Positions 25,280 through 33,874 of a stretch of DNA of 46,856 nt are shown in pieces; the stretch's first letter is position 1, and each line of letters begins with the position of its first letter. A program made the position numbers and the translations under genes. The notes below the pieces were generated by a model. The model was given only the letters and a program-made list of their open reading frames with translations, was not told the origin of the DNA and did not search any database. This DNA is from a phage, in sequence record PZ379178.1, one strand, 5' to 3'.

Positions 25280-25709
25280 AAATATTGGTGGGTTGGCTAC
25301 ATTTACGAATAGTATTGCTGATTGGATTGATAGAGCTGATGATAACTTCTCTGATATTGTTTCTGGCACTGTAATTAAGGCTGCTAACGCCATCGTTGAT
25401 TTATCGCCTGTTGATACTGGTAGGTTTAAGGCTAACTGGCAGATTACAGCGAACTCCCCAGCCGCTCAGTCTCTGAATGATTACGACAAAACAGGTGGAG
25501 ATACAAAAAGGTATCTGGCAAGGCAAGCTCGAGCTGTGGCTAATTCACCAGCGACAAAGGTTATCTACATAACTAACAGGCTTGATTACGCCTCTGACCT
25601 TGAGTATGGATCGTCACAACAAGCGCCAGCAGGTGTACTTGGTGTAGTCAATATCCGGCTTGGGCGTTACTTCGAAGAAGCCGTAGCTGAAGCAAGGAGT
25701 AAACGATAA
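25263..25709 (+). CDS. Neck/tail completion protein (putative)
   Basis: 148-aa ORF in connector region. Confidence 0.4.
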   Translation: MLPMARNIGGLATFTNSIADWIDRADDNFSDIVSGTVIKAANAIVDLSPVDTGRFKANWQITANSPAAQSLNDYDKTGGDTKRYLARQARAVANSPATKVIYITNRLDYASDLEYGSSQQAPAGVLGVVNIRLGRYFEEAVAEARSKR

Positions 25710-26107
25710 TGCAGTATGAATTATCTTTGGCGGCAAGGAGGTTTGTGACTGATTTGGTTAAAACGTTTCCAGTCAGGTATCCAATCTCCTATGAAAACGT
25801 AGCCTTTTCCCCTCCAAGAAATGGCGGCATGTGGCTGAAGTACGATTATACCGAGGCTGACACAGTAACCTATAGCTTGAGTCGCAAGTGTAAGTATTAT
25901 GTTGGCATGGTTCAGGTATCTGTCTTTTTCTCACCAGGTGATGGTGTTGATAGTGCGAGGAGAATTGCTAATCAATTGGCAGAATCAATGCTTGATGGTA
26001 CAATGCTTGACACAGGCTACATTTATGAGGGCGGAGTAGTTCACCCGGTAGTGAAGTCAAAATCTGGCTGGTTTATTCCAGTTCGTTTCTATGTTCGTCT
26101 TGACTAA
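25709..26107 (+). CDS. Tail terminator-like protein (putative)
   Basis: 132-aa ORF preceding major tail gene. Confidence 0.4.
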   Translation: MQYELSLAARRFVTDLVKTFPVRYPISYENVAFSPPRNGGMWLKYDYTEADTVTYSLSRKCKYYVGMVQVSVFFSPGDGVDSARRIANQLAESMLDGTMLDTGYIYEGGVVHPVVKSKSGWFIPVRFYVRLD

Positions 26108-26117
26108 AAGGTTGCAA

Positions 26118-26603
26118 ATGAAAGAGTTCTTAAATTCTCTTTACGATTATCGCGATGGTCAAATCTTTCATAAAGGAGGTTCAAAGCCATGTGGGTATGG
26201 AAAGCCTAACGGATACATTCAAACTTACGTCTCAAAGACTGGTAAGAAGTATGTTCACAGGATTATTTGGACAATGCATAATGGAGACATCCCAGAAGGC
26301 ATGCAAATTGACCATTTAAATGGCAATAGGAGCGACAACCGCATTGAGAATTTAAGGTGCGCATCAGTAACTGAAAATAGAAGAAATTCAGGAACGAAAT
26401 ATAGGTATCGTAGATTCCCTGGTGTTAATGGTGTAAACTACAATAAGCGCGATAATCTTTGGCATGCAATGATTTCTGATAATGGCGTAGCTAAGAGCCT
26501 TGGTCATTACAAGTCATTTGTTAGTGCATGTGAAGCTAGAATTATCGCAGAAGTAAATCTTGGATACCACGTAAATCACGCGATGCGTGATAGCGTATAT
26601 TAA
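26118..26603 (+). CDS. HNH homing endonuclease (HNH_3-like)
   Basis: MQIDHLNGNRSDNRIENLR motif typical of phage HNH endonucleases; inserted between tail terminator and major tail genes; start 26118 preferred over 26091. Confidence 0.55.
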   Translation: MKEFLNSLYDYRDGQIFHKGGSKPCGYGKPNGYIQTYVSKTGKKYVHRIIWTMHNGDIPEGMQIDHLNGNRSDNRIENLRCASVTENRRNSGTKYRYRRFPGVNGVNYNKRDNLWHAMISDNGVAKSLGHYKSFVSACEARIIAEVNLGYHVNHAMRDSVY

Positions 26604-26612
26604 CTTAACTCT

Positions 26613-27290
26613 TTGAATTGGAGGTGTATTATTGCCCATCTCAGCAATGGCACTCAGGTCTTCGTAGAAGGCACTAGGGGAGCTGCTATCGACGTAACCG
26701 CAATTTCCAACGCGGTTAATCCTGTTTTAACTTTGTCCAGCGTTGCAGATATTGCACGCGGTGACTACCTGTTGTTTACCAGCTCCGCTTCAACTCTGCT
26801 GGCTGATAAGCAAGTTCGCGTTACCGCAGTGTCTGGTTCAACCGTAACTGTTGAAGGTATTGACACCTCCAGCACCACCAAGTTCCCGGCCGGTTTAACT
26901 GGTGAAGTGGTTAAGATTCTTAGCTGGTTTGAGGTTCCTTGCGTTCAGGACGTATCCACTGACGGCGGCGAACAGCAGTTCGTTAACTTCCAGTGTTTAT
27001 CCGATGACCGTGAGCAACAGATTCCAACTTATAAATCTGCGGTAACTAATACCTACACTTTCGCGCACGAATACACCAACCCGATATATCCGATTCTGCG
27101 TAACTATGACGAAGCTGGTACTGTTGTTGCTATCCGTCTGTTCGTACCTCGCGCTAGTGAGATGCGTCTTCAGTCTGGCACTATCGCTTTCAACGACACG
27201 CCGAGCATTGGTGTTAACGAAATCGAAACGGTATCCATTGCGGTATCTATTCGCGGCAGGCTGAGTTCTGTAGCTTCTGAACTGGCATAA
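26613..27290 (+). CDS. Major tail protein (putative)
   Basis: 225 aa, position between connector genes and tail chaperones, followed by strong terminator; start may be ATG 26646. Confidence 0.55.
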   Translation: MNWRCIIAHLSNGTQVFVEGTRGAAIDVTAISNAVNPVLTLSSVADIARGDYLLFTSSASTLLADKQVRVTAVSGSTVTVEGIDTSSTTKFPAGLTGEVVKILSWFEVPCVQDVSTDGGEQQFVNFQCLSDDREQQIPTYKSAVTNTYTFAHEYTNPIYPILRNYDEAGTVVAIRLFVPRASEMRLQSGTIAFNDTPSIGVNEIETVSIAVSIRGRLSSVASELA

Positions 27291-27297
27291 AAATTAA

Positions 27298-27317
27298 CCC
27301 TCTTCGGAGGGTTTTTT
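27298..27317 (+). terminator. Rho-independent terminator after major tail gene
   Basis: CCCTC-TTCG-GAGGG followed by T6. Confidence 0.65.
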
Positions 27318-27322
27318 ATTGA

Positions 27323-27398
27323 TAGCACTTTTTGTTAAAGGCTAAGTCGCGGATTGCTGTATAGTTCATTCATCGAAAAGAAATGAGAGATTAATGAA
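27323..27398 (+). promoter_or_regulatory. Box-hairpin-leader cassette, variant box
   Basis: Box TAGCACTTTTTGTTAAA 27323-27339, TATAGT, leader CATCGAAAAGAAATGAGAG from 27371; drives moron 27399. Confidence 0.5.
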
Positions 27399-27647
27399 AT
27401 GAACAACGTTAAAAATATCATCAAACTTGCTGCTGCTCTTGGTGCTTTCTACCTGGCAATTCAGATTGTCAACCCAACTGGTGGCGCAACCGCTAACTCT
27501 GATGCAATAAAGTATGAACATGAATTTAATAGTGCATATTCTCATTGTGAAAAAGTAGCTGGCGATAAGACAAATCAGATTCTGCATTATGGTCGCGAGG
27601 TGTGCACCGAAGTTGCTCACAACATTGTAAAAAACGAATCAAAGTAA
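27399..27647 (+). CDS. Small protein with N-terminal signal/TM segment (moron-like)
   Basis: 82 aa; N-terminal IIKLAAALGAFYLAIQIV; own promoter box 27323; sits between major tail and chaperone genes. Confidence 0.45.
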   Translation: MNNVKNIIKLAAALGAFYLAIQIVNPTGGATANSDAIKYEHEFNSAYSHCEKVAGDKTNQILHYGREVCTEVAHNIVKNESK

Positions 27648-27682
27648 TATAATCATTCAACACAAACAAAGGAGATAACGAG

Positions 27683-27997
27683 ATGGCAAAATTTAAACTT
27701 TCACTTAAGGCGCTGCCTGACTTTAAACTTCCGGTTAAGTTTCAGTTAGCGAATGGTGAAGATGCAGAGGTGGTACTAACAGTTAAGCACAAGAAATCAT
27801 CTGAACTTCAGGAGATTCTTAATCGTGAAAACTTCAGCACTAAAGAATTGATTAACGAAATCTGCTCTGACTGGGATTTAGAAGAACCATTTAACGATGA
27901 GAACGTCGATGAGTTTGCAAACCTATTCCCAGGTGCAGTTCCATCATTGATGGATAGCTACATGAAAGCGCTGGCTGGGCAGCGAGTAAAAAACTAA
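27683..27997 (+). CDS. Tail assembly chaperone (gpG-like)
   Basis: 104-aa acidic ORF immediately upstream of tape measure region; slippery heptamer at its 3-prime end. Confidence 0.55.
   Translation: MAKFKLSLKALPDFKLPVKFQLANGEDAEVVLTVKHKKSSELQEILNRENFSTKELINEICSDWDLEEPFNDENVDEFANLFPGAVPSLMDSYMKALAGQRVKN
27988..27994 (+). other. -1 programmed ribosomal frameshift slippery site A_AAA_AAC
   Basis: Heptamer in phase with gpG-like frame 3 codons before its stop; -1 frame open from 27958 to 28311. Confidence 0.5.
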
Positions 27998-28311
27998 AAC
28001 GCGCAGTATACTTACAATACCAGTCACCACCAACGGATGCCGAACTCGAAGCTATCGGAATGAAACGTTCCGATTATGAAGGTGATGAGCCTGAAGAGTT
28101 ATACTTCGATGAAACAATGATGCAAAGCTGGGATGTGTACTGTGCCATGTCAACTCAATGGCGAGTAGGGGCTTGCGGTGCCACAGGCCTTGATTATAAT
28201 TGCCTTCCATTCTTGTTCAAAGTCTATAAAATAGATGATGACGAAATGGTACTTAACGACATCAGAATACTTGAGGCTAAAGCCTTAGATATGATGAACG
28301 CCAAGAAATAG
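27988..28311 (+). CDS. Tail assembly chaperone frameshift extension (gpGT-like, via -1 frameshift)
   Basis: -1 frame opens only 10 codons before slippery A_AAA_AAC (27988-27994) and runs to 28311, ending just before tape measure gene. Confidence 0.45.
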   Translation, partial: KKLKRAVYLQYQSPPTDAELEAIGMKRSDYEGDEPEELYFDETMMQSWDVYCAMSTQWRVGACGATGLDYNCLPFLFKVYKIDDDEMVLNDIRILEAKALDMMNAKK

Positions 28312-28335
28312 CCATCCTTCGGGGTGGCTTTTTTA
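28311..28335 (+). terminator. Terminator/attenuator hairpin before tape measure gene
   Basis: GCCATCC-TTC-GGGGTGGC (imperfect) followed by T6. Confidence 0.45.
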
Positions 28336-28348
28336 TTATGGAGACAAC

Positions 28349-31330
28349 ATGGCAACTAACGAAATTGCTGGTATCACGCTAGCCGTCGACGTAGCTCAGG
28401 TCGATAAGGGTACGCAATCCTTACAGAAATTCAGGCAAGCAAACGAGCAAGCTGCAACAGGCATTAATAGCTTCGTCAACGCCGAACTTGTAGCCAAGAC
28501 TCAAGCAAGGGACACTGCAAGGCAGCTTGAGGAGCAGCGCAAATCTTTCGCATCACTTCAGCAAGCCATAGACCCAACCGCTGCTAAATTCCTGAAGTTG
28601 CAGAAAGCAGCAACAGATTTGGACAAAGCATTTGAATCCGGGATAGTTCCTGATGATGAATTCTTCAGGCTTGGCTCTGTTATTGAAACTCAAATCAATA
28701 AGCTAAACAGGTCTAAAGCCGCTCTTAGCGAAGAAGGCAGGGCTGCACTACAGGCATCAATAGATAAAGAGAAAGCAACAACAGCAGCACAAAAGTTCAT
28801 TCAATCTCTTGAGAACGAGGCGAATGCAGCAAGCCTGACAAGGACTGAACTTCTTCAGCTTAAGGCTGCTCAGCTAGGAGTTAGTGACCAGGCTGCACCG
28901 ATTATCGACAGGATTGGAAAGGCTGCCGAGGCATCTGCGGTACAATTGCAGAAGCAAAGCTCCGCTTTTGTTAAGTCTGGGCTTAGTGCCGGTCAATACA
29001 AGCAAGCAATTCGACAGCTTCCAGCGCAGATTACAGATATCGGAACCTCTCTAGCTGGTGGTATCCCAATCTGGCTAATTGCAATTCAGCAGGGTGGGCA
29101 GATTAAGGATAGCTTTGGTGGTATTGCTAACACCGCAAGGTTCGCACTGGCAGCCATTAACCCATTAACGGCAGTTGTTGGGACTTTGGGCTTGGCCCTC
29201 GGCGCTCTTGGTGTTGCTGCTTATCAGGCTGACAAGAACACTCGCGGACTAGCATCAACGATAACATTGGTTGGCAACTCAACTATCACGTCGACAGCGC
29301 AGATAAATCAGGTTGTTGATGGAATTGAGAGTTCAACACTAGCCACGCGCGGACTTATCCAGGAGATAGCTAACAGCCTGGTAGCAAACGGTAATCTGAC
29401 TCTTACGCAGATAGATAAGATAACCAAGGCGACAGCACAATGGGCAACTGTAACATCAACAGACTCGAAAACTATTCTTGGATACTTTGATCAGATTACA
29501 AAGGACCCAATTCAAGGTCTGATTGCACTCGATAAGCAGTTCAACTTCCTTCAGTCTGGGCAATTGAAATACATTGAGAATATCAGGAAGACGGCTGGAG
29601 AAACAGAGGCTGTAACCGCAGCTACTGAGCTATTCGCTAACGTTATGGAAAACAGGCTAGCAGACGTAGCACTAAGCCTTAACCCTCTTGAGAGCGCATG
29701 GAATAGCTTCAGGAAGTTTGTAAGTGAGATTTGGGATGATATAAGCAAAAGGACGCTTGGGGCGCTTAACTTAATAACTGACGTTGTTGCTGGGACTATT
29801 GAGCAGATAAGGTCGTTAATAAACTCCGGTGATATCCTATTGGGCGAGTTTGCAATAGCAGCAACCAAGACACTTCAGTCAATACCTGGACTTGGCGATT
29901 TAGGCAATGAAGCAATCGCTGAGCAGCAAAAGATTGTTGATGCAGCTAAGAAGCAAAATGAGGAGTTAGCAAAAAGCATAGCTGAGCGAGATGCGAGAAT
30001 CAGGAAGGGTGAGCTTGGTTATGTCGAGAACAACAATAACACCAACCTTAGCGGAAATAATGCATCAACCGATAAGGAGTTTGCAGCAAGGAAGAAGGCT
30101 CTTGCCGATGAGTATGATGCGATAAAGAAAGCAGGGAGTGAGAGGAAAAAGGCTGTAAAAGAAGAAAGGGATTTAACTTTATCTTATGAATCTGGCGTTC
30201 TTGCACTTCAGGCTCAGTTAAAGGTCTTACAAGAGCACAGAACGATAAATGATGTAATAAGCAATGAAAGAAAGCAGTTATTCCAGGAAGAAGCGAAGTT
30301 TGCAATACTTGAACAAAGACAAGCGGATGGTACGCTTACAAAATCACAGGCTAAGCTACTTGCGCAGAAGAATATCATTCTTGAACAGGCTAAACAGAAG
30401 GCTGAACTTGGTGACCAGATTGTGCTTCAGGAGAGGTCAAACAAGTTACTTGATGACAACCTTAAGAAGACAATACAGATTACCAATGAGGCGAAGAATG
30501 TTTCACTTGCTGCGGGTCTATCAGAAAGGGAGCGGCAAAGGGCAGGAGAACTTCAGGCGCTAGAGTCCAATCAGGTAAACAAGGGTGGCTCTGTAGATGA
30601 TGTTGATTTCCAAAATCTGCTGGAAGCAAGAAAAGAATACTACAGGCAGGAAGATAACCTAAGGTCAGACTGGCAAGCTGGTGTAACTTCAACGCTTGCT
30701 GACTTAACTGAGAAGTACACTGACTTCAACCAAATTGCTAAGGATTTGACTGTCGCAGCTTTTGATGGAATTACCGACCAGATTACAAACCTTGTAACCA
30801 CTGGAGAGACTAATTTCAGGGAGTTCACGGCAAACATACTGAAAATGATTGCGAAAATTGCAACTCAGCTACTTTTGGTAAAGGCTATTGAATCTACAAT
30901 TAAGAGCTTTGGTGGTGACACTGGAGCAGGTAGTGCCTTTGAGTCAATAAAGTCAGCAATTGGCTTTGCTGGCGGCGGTTATACTGGTGATGGTGGGAAG
31001 TATCAACCTGCCGGAACTGTGCACCGCGGTGAGTTTGTATTCACAAAAGAAGCAACAAGCAGAATTGGCGTTAAGAATCTGTATAAGCTAATGCGAGGTT
31101 ATGCAAATGGCGGTGCTGTTGGTGGGCCTTCTGGATATGCTAATGGTGGAGTTGTTGGCGGTACTAATGTCAGTGTTGGTGGTGTGACGGTTAACGTAAG
31201 CTCTGGATTTAGTAGCGGTAATGATGCTAAGGCGATAGAATCTGGAGTCAAGGTTATCGTTGCTGAGGAAATCAGCAAGTCATTCCAGCAGGGCGGAAGA
31301 GCCTTTGCTTATCTGAGGGGTTACAACTAA
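28349..31330 (+). CDS. Tail tape measure protein
   Basis: 993 aa, largely alpha-helical/coiled-coil composition, Gly-rich C-terminus, follows G/GT chaperone pair. Confidence 0.85.
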   Translation: MATNEIAGITLAVDVAQVDKGTQSLQKFRQANEQAATGINSFVNAELVAKTQARDTARQLEEQRKSFASLQQAIDPTAAKFLKLQKAATDLDKAFESGIVPDDEFFRLGSVIETQINKLNRSKAALSEEGRAALQASIDKEKATTAAQKFIQSLENEANAASLTRTELLQLKAAQLGVSDQAAPIIDRIGKAAEASAVQLQKQSSAFVKSGLSAGQYKQAIRQLPAQITDIGTSLAGGIPIWLIAIQQGGQIKDSFGGIANTARFALAAINPLTAVVGTLGLALGALGVAAYQADKNTRGLASTITLVGNSTITSTAQINQVVDGIESSTLATRGLIQEIANSLVANGNLTLTQIDKITKATAQWATVTSTDSKTILGYFDQITKDPIQGLIALDKQFNFLQSGQLKYIENIRKTAGETEAVTAATELFANVMENRLADVALSLNPLESAWNSFRKFVSEIWDDISKRTLGALNLITDVVAGTIEQIRSLINSGDILLGEFAIAATKTLQSIPGLGDLGNEAIAEQQKIVDAAKKQNEELAKSIAERDARIRKGELGYVENNNNTNLSGNNASTDKEFAARKKALADEYDAIKKAGSERKKAVKEERDLTLSYESGVLALQAQLKVLQEHRTINDVISNERKQLFQEEAKFAILEQRQADGTLTKSQAKLLAQKNIILEQAKQKAELGDQIVLQERSNKLLDDNLKKTIQITNEAKNVSLAAGLSERERQRAGELQALESNQVNKGGSVDDVDFQNLLEARKEYYRQEDNLRSDWQAGVTSTLADLTEKYTDFNQIAKDLTVAAFDGITDQITNLVTTGETNFREFTANILKMIAKIATQLLLVKAIESTIKSFGGDTGAGSAFESIKSAIGFAGGGYTGDGGKYQPAGTVHRGEFVFTKEATSRIGVKNLYKLMRGYANGGAVGGPSGYANGGVVGGTNVSVGGVTVNVSSGFSSGNDAKAIESGVKVIVAEEISKSFQQGGRAFAYLRGYN

Positions 31331-31361
31331 TTAACGGGGCTTCGGCCCCTAAGGATTTTAA

Positions 31362-31712
31362 ATGGCATTGCAAACATTTAACTGGTGCTTGAACGTTCTC
31401 AACGGTGGATCATTATTTAGTAACAAGAACAACGTTAGAATTGTATCCTTTGGCAACGGCTTTGAACAAAGGGGTACTGGAGGATACAGGACAAACAAAA
31501 GGACGTATACGGTTAGCTACGTTGGTCGTGAGTGGGAGGCAGTAATGAACTTCTGCTTTGATCACATTGTAAAACCTTTCGCATGGACTACGCCACAGGG
31601 TGAATTAAAGCTGTTTGTTATTCAGCAGGATAGTATCAGCGTCACTCCTAGCACAAAAGAAGTCCAGACTGTTAGCATGCAATTTACTGAAGTTTTTACT
31701 TCAATGAGTTAA
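31362..31712 (+). CDS. Minor tail protein (gpM-like)
   Basis: 116 aa directly after tape measure, as in lambda-like tail tip order. Confidence 0.5.
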   Translation: MALQTFNWCLNVLNGGSLFSNKNNVRIVSFGNGFEQRGTGGYRTNKRTYTVSYVGREWEAVMNFCFDHIVKPFAWTTPQGELKLFVIQQDSISVTPSTKEVQTVSMQFTEVFTSMS

Positions 31713-31715
31713 ACT

Positions 31716-31739
31716 AAGGCCCATAGAGGGCCTTTTTTA
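31716..31739 (+). terminator. Rho-independent terminator
   Basis: GGCCC-ATAGA-GGGCC followed by T6. Confidence 0.5.
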
Positions 31740-31750
31740 TTGGAGAGAAT

Positions 31751-32506
31751 ATGGCAAGTTTAAAGTTTGAAAACCATCTTCAATCACTTTTTCCTGGTGA
31801 AGTGGTTACGCTTATTGAGGTTGACGGAAGTAAATTCGGGGCAAGGGTTTACAGGTTTCATGGGGAGAACATCTCATACACGCCTGAAGAAATCATGCAA
31901 GCCCAAGCGTCCGGCCAGCCACTACCATCCAAGACAATCACTTTCCGTGGAGAAGAGTATGGAGCCAGGCCTTTCGGTATTAGCGGCATTAATCTTACTT
32001 CTGACGGCAAAGCAAACAAGCTCACGCTAATTTTATCAAACGTAGACCAGGCTGTTTCCGCGCTAATACGTCAGTATAATGGCATGGTTCAGGCTAAGGT
32101 GACAATTTGGGTTACTATCAGGGATAATATCAATGAGGACGGCAGCATTGCAGATGGTGATTATCGTAAGATGGTTTACTTTATTGAGCGTCCAAAGCAG
32201 GTTGACTACAAAACTGCCTCTTTTGAGTTATCTAGCCCAATTGATATGGATGGCATTTATATTCCAGCGAGGTTAGTCCAGTCAGTATGCTACTTCGCTT
32301 CCCGTGGCTGGTATCGTAGTGGTAACGGTTGTGATTATGCCGGGAATCGATACTTTGATAAAGACAATAATCCGGTTGATGACCCTGGCCTGGATTTCTG
32401 CGCCGGAACTGTTGATGCATGTAAGTTAAGGTTTGGTGAAAACAACCAGCTATCATTTGGAGGTTGTGCCTCTGCTAGCTTGCAAGCCAAGAATAACCAG
32501 AACTAA
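31751..32506 (+). CDS. Minor tail protein (gpL-like)
   Basis: 251 aa with C-terminal Cys cluster (CDYAGN...CAGTVDACKL...GGCASA) as in gpL Fe-S proteins; position after M-like gene. Confidence 0.6.
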   Translation: MASLKFENHLQSLFPGEVVTLIEVDGSKFGARVYRFHGENISYTPEEIMQAQASGQPLPSKTITFRGEEYGARPFGISGINLTSDGKANKLTLILSNVDQAVSALIRQYNGMVQAKVTIWVTIRDNINEDGSIADGDYRKMVYFIERPKQVDYKTASFELSSPIDMDGIYIPARLVQSVCYFASRGWYRSGNGCDYAGNRYFDKDNNPVDDPGLDFCAGTVDACKLRFGENNQLSFGGCASASLQAKNNQN

Positions 32507-32516
32507 GGAGTCTAAA

Positions 32517-33275
32517 ATGCTTACACCAAAAGTTAAACTAGAAATCATGCGCCACGCAAAAGAGGATTACCCAAACGAGTGCTGCGGCGTAGTCACCCAA
32601 AAAGGCATGGCACAAAAATACCATAGAATCACCAACGCATCGAAAGACCCTGAAAATGAGTTCATTCTTGACGCCAGTGAGTACATGAATATTGTCTTTA
32701 ATCTTGGCTACAGCGAGTCAATTGTTTACGTAGCTCACTCACACACTGGAGATGGTGCAACTACAAGGCCTAGCCCGGCAGACATATGCAGTTGCAATGA
32801 GTGCGAGATTCCATATGTCATCGTTAGTTACCCGGAAGGAGATCTGCGAATCCTTGAACCAGTTGATATGCCGCTAGCAGGAAGACCGTGGGGTTTGGGT
32901 AGCTTCGATTGCTGGGGATTGATAATGTCATTCCACGCAAAGCACGGCGTCAAACTGGCTGACTACCGCGTTAATTACCCATGGTGGAACAAGGAGTATG
33001 GAGAAAATATCTATGATGACAACTGGATTAAGGAAGGATTTGAGCTAGTCGAAACTGATGATATTCCAGTTGGCTCCATGATTATGATGCAGATTCAAAG
33101 TGAGGCCACAAACCACGCAGGAATCTACATTGGAGACAATAAGTTCTTGCACCATCTTTACGGCAAGATGAGTAAAGTGGATACCTATAGTGATTACTGG
33201 CGTGAGCGTACCGTTCGAATCGTTCGCCACAAAGATTTACCAGAAGGAGCAAATTACAATGCAGAGACTGATTAA
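32517..33275 (+). CDS. Tail assembly protein (gpK-like, JAB/MPN plus NlpC/P60)
   Basis: JAMM-like HSHTGDGATTRPSPAD motif, then Cys/His (CWGLI ... HAGIY) peptidase-like region; ATG 32517 with AGGAG SD. Confidence 0.6.
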   Translation: MLTPKVKLEIMRHAKEDYPNECCGVVTQKGMAQKYHRITNASKDPENEFILDASEYMNIVFNLGYSESIVYVAHSHTGDGATTRPSPADICSCNECEIPYVIVSYPEGDLRILEPVDMPLAGRPWGLGSFDCWGLIMSFHAKHGVKLADYRVNYPWWNKEYGENIYDDNWIKEGFELVETDDIPVGSMIMMQIQSEATNHAGIYIGDNKFLHHLYGKMSKVDTYSDYWRERTVRIVRHKDLPEGANYNAETD

Positions 33276-33834
33276 GGTTAAGCTGGGCTTGTCACTTGGC
33301 AGAAGGTACGGGAAAGTCCATGAGTTGTGCGTGGAGTCTGTACCGGAAGCACTTCGAGCATTATCGGTAAACATTCCAGCATTTAAAGAGTTCATGCAAA
33401 GCCATGCTGGACAAAGGACTAGGTTCGCAATATTTGCTGACGGGAAGAACCTTAATGAACATCGTATCAAGGATTTTAAGGCAGTTGGTGAGATTCGTAT
33501 TATGCCAATACCTCAAGGAAGAAAAAGCGGAGGGTTATTCCAGACAGTACTAGGTGCGGCGCTCATTGGTGCTAGCTTCTTCCTTACTGGTGGTATTGCA
33601 ACCGCTGTTCTTGGTGCTGGTATCTCACTAGCTGCTGGCGGTGTAGCTCAGTTACTTTCCCCACAAGCAACTGGATTAAAGACGCAGGAGTCTGCGCAAA
33701 ACAGGGCTTCATACGCATTCGGGTCGGCTGTTAACACTGTAGCTGCTGGATACCCAATATGTTTGCCATACGGTTATCGAAGTGTTGGCGGCTCTGTATT
33801 TAGTGCTGGGAGTTACTCAGAAGATATCGCTTAA
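33259..33834 (+). CDS. Tail assembly protein (gpI-like)
   Basis: C-terminal Gly/Ala-rich hydrophobic stretch typical of gpI; overlaps K-like gene end. Confidence 0.5.
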   Translation: MQRLIKVKLGLSLGRRYGKVHELCVESVPEALRALSVNIPAFKEFMQSHAGQRTRFAIFADGKNLNEHRIKDFKAVGEIRIMPIPQGRKSGGLFQTVLGAALIGASFFLTGGIATAVLGAGISLAAGGVAQLLSPQATGLKTQESAQNRASYAFGSAVNTVAAGYPICLPYGYRSVGGSVFSAGSYSEDIA

Positions 33835-33840
33835 ATTAAG

Positions 33841-33863
33841 ACCCGCCTAGTGCGGGTTTTTTA
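33841..33863 (+). terminator. Rho-independent terminator before J-like gene
   Basis: ACCCGC-CTAGT-GCGGGT followed by T6. Confidence 0.6.
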
Positions 33864-33874
33864 TTTAGTGTAGA

